From NCBI GenBank assembly GCA_942492995.1, contig OW818653.1, positions 1,410,001 to 1,442,000 on the forward strand: 32,000 nt of DNA. The letters run 5' to 3'. A program made the translations under genes and the position numbers. Shown piece by piece: positions 27,376-32,000 of this stretch. The notes below the pieces were generated by a model. That model saw only the letters and a program-made list of their open reading frames with translations, was not told the DNA's origin and did no database searches. Position 1 is the stretch's first letter; the number at the start of each line of letters is the position of its first letter. The DNA is from an uncultured Erysipelotrichaceae bacterium (GTDB lineage Bacteria > Bacillota_I > Bacilli_A > Erysipelotrichales > Erysipelotrichaceae).

Positions 27376-27936
27376 ATGAGTGATGAACGTACAAAAATAA
27401 TAAATCGTATCCAATTGACAACCCAACGTACTTTGGATGAAATTACTCAGATAGTTGTTCAAAGTAAACTCGAAAAACATAGTGAGATTCGTTCGTTATT
27501 AATTGAAACATTTAATCTTACATATGGAGATGCGAATACCTTAACTCATTATGTAATGAAGTCTGATGGGCAAAGTTTGGCTGAAGGTAAAGAAATAGAC
27601 ATAGTAATTGATGAGATTTATGCAGATAAGAAAATTGTTCTAAGACCCATTCATGATTTACTTATGCATAGAATTACAAATTTTGGTTCATTTGAAATTG
27701 TTCCTAAGAAAGGATATATCAGTTTAAAACGTAAACGCCAATTCGCTATGATTGGTCCAAAGTCGAGCACTCGCATAGAAATTGGGATTAATTTAAAAAC
27801 TGTTTTAGATAATAATCGATTTATTACACAACCGAAAGGAAGTATGTGTCAATATATTGTGAATGTGACGTCTATAGAGGACGTTGACGATGAACTTATT
27901 TCAACAATTAAACAAGCATACGATCAATCAGAATAG
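27376..27936 (+). CDS. DUF4287 (N-terminal) / DUF5655-like (C-terminal) protein
   Basis: 186 aa. It starts 2 nt after the previous stop. The N-terminal helical segment with ...GDANTLTHYV... and the C-terminal ...VPKKGYISLKRKRQFAMIGP... fit this two-domain family. Confidence 0.65.
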   Translation: MSDERTKIINRIQLTTQRTLDEITQIVVQSKLEKHSEIRSLLIETFNLTYGDANTLTHYVMKSDGQSLAEGKEIDIVIDEIYADKKIVLRPIHDLLMHRITNFGSFEIVPKKGYISLKRKRQFAMIGPKSSTRIEIGINLKTVLDNNRFITQPKGSMCQYIVNVTSIEDVDDELISTIKQAYDQSE

Positions 27937-27990
27937 TTATAGTAACTTTATTTAGGATAATAATTAGAGACAAAACTATAAGAACATAAT

Positions 27991-28018
27991 AAAAATAACC
28001 GTTTATTCGGTTATTTTT
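27991..28018. terminator. Bidirectional terminator between convergent genes
   Basis: AAAAATAACCG-TTTATT-CGGTTATTTTT (stem 27994-28001 / 28008-28015). Confidence 0.65.
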
Positions 28019-28042
28019 GACGCGTTTATCTTTTATAAACTT

Positions 28043-28867
28043 CTAATTAACATTTAACACATAGTCATAAAGATAACGACCAGCCCCATCCTCATCACAA
28101 TTATATTCTGTAATAACATCTGCGATAGCGAGAGTATCTTGAGTTCCATTTTTCAAACAAACACCTAATCCTGCAACTCTTAGCATTTCATTATCGTTAC
28201 TTGCATCACCAATTGCGATAACTTCAGACATTTCAATTCCATTAACTTTACAATATTCGATTAGCGCTACACCTTTATTAACTCTTGGATCTTGGAATTC
28301 TAACATCTTCGGTCCTGATAAGAATGATTGATAATATGGTTTTGGATGTGCCGACGCAAATTCCACAATCTTTTTAACTTCTTCTGGGTTTGGAGGTAAT
28401 CTAAAGAGTAATTTCGCATTATCTTCTTCCCATAATTCTGTTTCATTATTACATGGAATTGCAGGTTCATGATTACGTACTGCGGATGCCTTCATTTCTT
28501 CATCAAGTCTACCACTTAACATATATCCTTCTTTATATACAAATGGATTCAAATCAAGTGGTCGCATAAAGTCGATGATTTCATGTATAACTTCAGCTTT
28601 CAGTTTATAGAATTCTTGATATGTATTATTCTTCACATCCAAGAGTTGTCCACCATTCATCCCGATGATTACATCAAATTGAAAATCCAATCCCCATCTT
28701 TGTGCATTAGCTTTAAGTTGATCACCAACTGGTCGACCAGACGCAATTCCTAACAATACTCCCTTTTCATGTAAGTCAATTAATGCTTGTCGAGTAAGTG
28801 GCATTATCTCTTTTCCATAATTGACTAAAGTCCCATCAATATCCGCAATCACGAGTTTCGTTTTCAT
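28043..28867 (-). CDS. Cof-type HAD-IIB family hydrolase (second paralogue in the window)
   Basis: 274 aa. LVIADIDGTLVN, ASGR, and GDASNDNEML motifs. Confidence 0.85.
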   Translation of the reverse strand: MKTKLVIADIDGTLVNYGKEIMPLTRQALIDLHEKGVLLGIASGRPVGDQLKANAQRWGLDFQFDVIIGMNGGQLLDVKNNTYQEFYKLKAEVIHEIIDFMRPLDLNPFVYKEGYMLSGRLDEEMKASAVRNHEPAIPCNNETELWEEDNAKLLFRLPPNPEEVKKIVEFASAHPKPYYQSFLSGPKMLEFQDPRVNKGVALIEYCKVNGIEMSEVIAIGDASNDNEMLRVAGLGVCLKNGTQDTLAIADVITEYNCDEDGAGRYLYDYVLNVN

Positions 28868-28972
28868 TATATATTTCCTTTATTCTCTATTTTTTATCCT
28901 AACATTTACATACCTAAACATAAAGTTAGAAGTATGAAAATTTGTGCCAATATTTATACACATTTATGATGA

Positions 28973-29704
28973 TTATTGAATTATCTTTATCATTTTTTGA
29001 TTTGCATAATATTGGATTACGACTGAAATAATCGATATGGAAATTAGTACTGGGAATAGCACATTTATAATGTCTTTATATCCGTTTTGTGTAAACAGAT
29101 CAAATACATATAATACCAATAAACTTAACGAGACCCACGCGATTATATAACCTATATATCTTTTTATATTAGCTTTAATCTTAAAATACAGTTTACCTCT
29201 AACAACATAAATCACCATCCATTGGAAGTATAAGAATCCGATTAGATTAAATACACCTATTACTTTCCCTATGAAGTATTGATCATCACTAAATGATGTA
29301 CCCAAGATTACTCCAATTATAAAAAGTACCAATGACATAATAAATGCGACAAGCAAATAGACTAATCTACTTGGGTCATAGTTTGGGATATTAGCTTCTT
29401 CGGTTGTATTATTTTCAACTATTTGAGCATCTACTTTTACAAATTCACCTGTTAACTTATATCCGAATATCGCAGTTAAACCAACACGAATGATAATCGC
29501 GATAACATATGCAAATATAGCTCTATACGGTGTATTCAAAAGAAAAAGTAATAGCACACCAATTCCACACGAGATGATGTTTACGATTGTTTTATTTTTG
29601 AAAATGGATCCACAATTTGTACATATATGCGTATTCTTAAATGTATCGAGCTGCATATAATTCAAATCATAACTACAATTAGGACATTTTTTTATTTTAG
29701 ACAT
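28973..29704 (-). CDS. Zinc-ribbon-anchored polytopic membrane protein, unknown function
   Basis: The track starts at a GTG at 29713. The ATG at 29704 (MSKIKKCPNCSY...HICTNCGS) follows GGGGTGGGG. CxxC...CxxC is followed by about 6 TM helices. Confidence 0.6.
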   Translation of the reverse strand: MSKIKKCPNCSYDLNYMQLDTFKNTHICTNCGSIFKNKTIVNIISCGIGVLLLFLLNTPYRAIFAYVIAIIIRVGLTAIFGYKLTGEFVKVDAQIVENNTTEEANIPNYDPSRLVYLLVAFIMSLVLFIIGVILGTSFSDDQYFIGKVIGVFNLIGFLYFQWMVIYVVRGKLYFKIKANIKRYIGYIIAWVSLSLLVLYVFDLFTQNGYKDIINVLFPVLISISIISVVIQYYANQKMIKIIQ

Positions 29705-29728
29705 ATACCCCACCCCTGGTTGTTAAAA

Positions 29729-30262
29729 TTATAACATATTCCATTCATCTCTCAATATTTCGTAAATATATGTATCTACCCAAATAGGTTCATTATTTTT
29801 ATCTTTCTTAAAATATATATTCTTAATTAAATGATCTACTTTTCGCATGTTAATCCGTTCCAATAATTTCCATGATGAACTATTCAAAGGATTACACATT
29901 GATTGTATTCTTCTTGCGCCTAATGTTTTAAAAGCGTAGTTAATTAAAGCGATTGTGCCTTCTGTCGCATAACCATGTCCATGATAATTATGATTAAATA
30001 CATACCCTAGCTCAAATTCATAATTATCTTCTTGATTAAGATATAAGTTCCCAATTAGTTTGTTATTTTCTTTCAAACAGACCGCATAAAAAGATTCACT
30101 AGTCGAACGCTTTATCGCCTCTTCTAGTGCTTGTTCCTTAGTGTAGACCTCATAAGGTTCGAATTTTACAACTGATTCATCTGACAAGTATTCATATAAA
30201 TCGTGTGCATCATCTCTTGTAAATCTTCGAATAATCAATCTTTCTGTAATTATATTTTGCAT
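29729..30262 (-). CDS. GNAT family N-acetyltransferase (RimJ/RimL-like)
   Basis: The track starts at 30274. The ATG at 30262 (MQNIITERLIIRRFTRDD...) is preceded by GAGG. ...HGHGYATEG... is the acetyl-CoA motif region. Confidence 0.8.
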   Translation of the reverse strand: MQNIITERLIIRRFTRDDAHDLYEYLSDESVVKFEPYEVYTKEQALEEAIKRSTSESFYAVCLKENNKLIGNLYLNQEDNYEFELGYVFNHNYHGHGYATEGTIALINYAFKTLGARRIQSMCNPLNSSSWKLLERINMRKVDHLIKNIYFKKDKNNEPIWVDTYIYEILRDEWNML

Positions 30263-30309
30263 TATTAACCTCATACTTTAAATGAATTTTATTAAATTAA
30301 TTGTAATTT

Positions 30310-30603
30310 TTATTTATCAGTTATTACTTTACTTTGTTTTAATACAATGAGATTTACTAAGATTGTAACAAATAATAGTGCAAAAGAAATTCCAATTGAT
30401 ACTTCAATAGTATCTAAGACTGCTATCCAATCTGAAACAATAGCTCTCGATTCTACCCATACTAATTGAAACACAATCGCTAGAGAAACCATGCTTAGAC
30501 TTATGACTGATATAATGTTTTTATCGAATCTGGATCGAAAAGTAATAATTGGTAGAAAAATAGCGATTAAACCAAATAATAAACTAAATAAATTAGAATA
30601 CAT
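30310..30603 (-). CDS. Small membrane protein (3 TM), unknown function
   Basis: 97 aa, hydrophobic. GGGGG/AAAGGGGG RBS-like sequence upstream. Confidence 0.5.
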   Translation of the reverse strand: MYSNLFSLLFGLIAIFLPIITFRSRFDKNIISVISLSMVSLAIVFQLVWVESRAIVSDWIAVLDTIEVSIGISFALLFVTILVNLIVLKQSKVITDK

Positions 30604-30632
30604 TATAGTTCCCCCTTTATTAGTTAAATTTA

Positions 30633-30950
30633 TTACAAATCTTGAATTTTCATTTTGTCGAGTTCTCTATTCATACTACTTCTTTCGCGAATTACATAAT
30701 AGATAGATAAAAGAATAAGTGTTGGTATATTAGATAATACGAATATCATTAGAATTCTACCTACCATATCAATCCAAGTAAAATGATCATTAAAACCAAT
30801 ATTCGCTACAGATATCAATGAAAACATTACAAATAATATTGGAATAATCAATCCTGGAATCTTACTTTTTGATTTAGATAAAAACACCTGTAATAAAATA
30901 ACTAATCCAATCATAATCAACATTATTAATGTATTTAGTCCATTAATCAT
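30633..30950 (-). CDS. Small membrane protein (3 TM) translationally coupled to the upstream HTH gene
   Basis: 105 aa. ATGA start/stop overlap with the 30947-31246 gene. Confidence 0.6.
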   Translation of the reverse strand: MINGLNTLIMLIMIGLVILLQVFLSKSKSKIPGLIIPILFVMFSLISVANIGFNDHFTWIDMVGRILMIFVLSNIPTLILLSIYYVIRERSSMNRELDKMKIQDL

Positions 30951-31246
30951 TTTGACTCCCCCTTAAATTTCTTGTACTCATTAATTAATAATTTTGCGGA
31001 ATTGTATTCCAGTTTATCATTGACTACTAAACTTTTTATTAATGATACATACGCATCATTCGCATTATCTTCACTGATTTCTATTTTCTTAATTAGTTTG
31101 TCTAAGCGTAATCTCACTGTCGGATATGTTACTCCATATTGGTGTGCAATATCCTTCAACGATCCTGAAGACACAATAAATTTTTTTATAAAAGAAACAT
31201 CTTCATCATCAAGATTTGCCATCCACTCAGGAACAATTTCAATCAT
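30947..31246 (-). CDS. Small HTH protein (DUF2089-like / sigma-70 region-4-like HTH)
   Basis: 99 aa. ...DEDVSFIKKFIVSSGSLKDIAHQYGVTYPTVRLRLDKLIKKI... is a clear HTH. It lacks the N-terminal zinc ribbon seen in many DUF2089 proteins. Confidence 0.62.
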   Translation of the reverse strand: MIEIVPEWMANLDDEDVSFIKKFIVSSGSLKDIAHQYGVTYPTVRLRLDKLIKKIEISEDNANDAYVSLIKSLVVNDKLEYNSAKLLINEYKKFKGESK

Positions 31247-31259
31247 TTACTGTCACCTT

Positions 31260-31296
31260 CTTTAATATTATTAAGTATATCCTTTAATATTATTAA
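31260..31296. repeat. Two direct copies of CTTTAATATTATTAA spaced 22 bp start-to-start, overlapping the promoter of the HTH-led operon
   Basis: Copies at 31260-31274 and 31282-31296, each containing the palindromic core TAATATTA. On the minus strand, TTTACT-17 nt-TATACT promoter hexamers interleave with them. Confidence 0.5.
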
Positions 31297-31320
31297 AGTA
31301 AACAGTCAATTACACTCAAC

Positions 31321-31346
31321 CAAACAAAAACCGCATTTTAGCGGTT
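31321..31346 (-). terminator. Rho-independent terminator after the cupin gene
   Basis: The minus strand reads AACCGC-TAAAAT-GCGGTT followed by TTTTGTTTG. Confidence 0.55.
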
Positions 31347-31389
31347 AATGAATCATAGCGAATACTATTTAACTCTACGCATGATATAT

Positions 31390-31791
31390 TCACTCAATAT
31401 TAGAATAGTCCTCATCACTGATTTGTTCTAACCATTCAGTCTCATAATTATCCGCAGGTACTTCAACCGCAAGATGCGTAAACATACTATTACGAGAAGC
31501 TCCATGCCAATGTTTTACACCAACTGGTATTTGAACGATATCTCCAGGATTTAAAATTTGAACTTCTTTCCCAAGTTCTTGATAATATCCTCTTCCACTT
31601 ATAGCCATCAATATTTGACCACCACCATGATGAATATGCCAATTATTTCTACAGCTTGGTTCAAATGTTACATTCATAACTTTTACACCATCGGTTGTTA
31701 ACATATTTAAATACGCTTGGCCTTTGAAGTATTGACTAAACTTTTCAGGCATTGGATCACCTATTGGGAACAATGTTTTATATTCTTGCAT
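31390..31791 (-). CDS. Cupin domain protein
   Basis: 133 aa. ...NNWHIHHGGGQILMAISGRGYYQ...PGDIVQIPVGVKHWHGA... are cupin motifs 1 and 2. Confidence 0.8.
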   Translation of the reverse strand: MQEYKTLFPIGDPMPEKFSQYFKGQAYLNMLTTDGVKVMNVTFEPSCRNNWHIHHGGGQILMAISGRGYYQELGKEVQILNPGDIVQIPVGVKHWHGASRNSMFTHLAVEVPADNYETEWLEQISDEDYSNIE

Positions 31792-31792
31792 A

Positions 31793-32000
31793 TTATTTTG
31801 TACTCATTTCCGCATCATTGATGCATTTTAGGGCATTAAGCGCTCTAGGATAACCGATATAAGGAATACATTGGGAAACTACATTAATAAGAAATTGTTT
31901 ATTATTTCCAATTCTCATATTTGCGGTAGAATGATAAATTAACTGAGATTCACATCCACCTTGTGCCATTAATAGACAAAACGTTATAATTTCTCTCTGA
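31793..32000 (-). CDS. Carboxymuconolactone decarboxylase (CMD/AhpD-like) family protein, C-terminal part (N-terminus beyond the right edge)
   Basis: Not in the ORF track because it is truncated. Manual translation gives ...QREIITFCLLMAQGGCESQLIYHSTANMRIGNNKQFLINVVSQCIPYIGYPRALNALKCINDAEMSTK*. The stop at 31793-95 is 1 nt before the cupin ATG, so the two are coupled. Confidence 0.72.
   Translation of the reverse strand, partial: QREIITFCLLMAQGGCESQLIYHSTANMRIGNNKQFLINVVSQCIPYIGYPRALNALKCINDAEMSTK

Noticed and set aside
30972-31265. 97-aa plus-strand ORF
   Set aside because: It is antisense to the HTH gene (30947-31246), which has a clear HTH motif, an RBS and translational coupling to the next gene.

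Overview
The window is visibly AT-rich and densely coding, with Gram-positive-style AGGAG ribosome-binding sites and stem-loop plus T-tract terminators. I found no rRNA, tRNA, CRISPR array, transposase or integrase. All calls come from reading the supplied translations and the DNA by eye. No database search was run.

The centrepiece is a long minus-strand block at 2.9-12.8 kb for the methylaspartate route of glutamate catabolism. It holds glmS-glmL-glmE (B12-dependent glutamate mutase plus its accessory protein) and methylaspartate ammonia-lyase. Three further genes with no assigned role in that pathway are packed tightly against these four:
- a split AtuA-like DUF1446/DUF4387 pair downstream of the lyase;
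- a P-loop protein upstream of glmS whose C-terminus looks like the AlaRS/ThrRS second additional domain.

Upstream of this operon sits a second operon encoding a two-subunit Fe-S (class I type) fumarate hydratase, a plausible mesaconase, and a malic enzyme. The malic enzyme reading frame is broken by a 1-nt frameshift near its 5' end. No citramalate lyase is present in the window. A strong intrinsic terminator lies only about 9 nt upstream of the RBS of the glutamate mutase operon, which suggests attenuation or read-through control.

The remaining genes are a patchwork:
- a truncated protein with two nucleoside 2-deoxyribosyltransferase-like domains, plus two Cof-type HAD phosphatases and an RpiR regulator;
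- two GNATs, an NTF2-like protein and an orphan 3-hydroxyacyl-CoA dehydrogenase;
- a GH1 6-phospho-beta-glucosidase and an MFS transporter;
- an MhqR-regulon-like operon (VOC dioxygenase, MarR, carboxylesterase);
- a 7TM-sensor GGDEF cyclase and a possible PD-(D/E)xK protein;
- YdeI-like, DsrE-like, CsbD, SOUL, DUF1295, DUF2200 and DUF4287 proteins, and an Lnu-like nucleotidyltransferase;
- a small HTH-led operon of membrane proteins preceded by a 15-bp direct repeat;
- a cupin and a truncated carboxymuconolactone-decarboxylase-family gene at the right edge.
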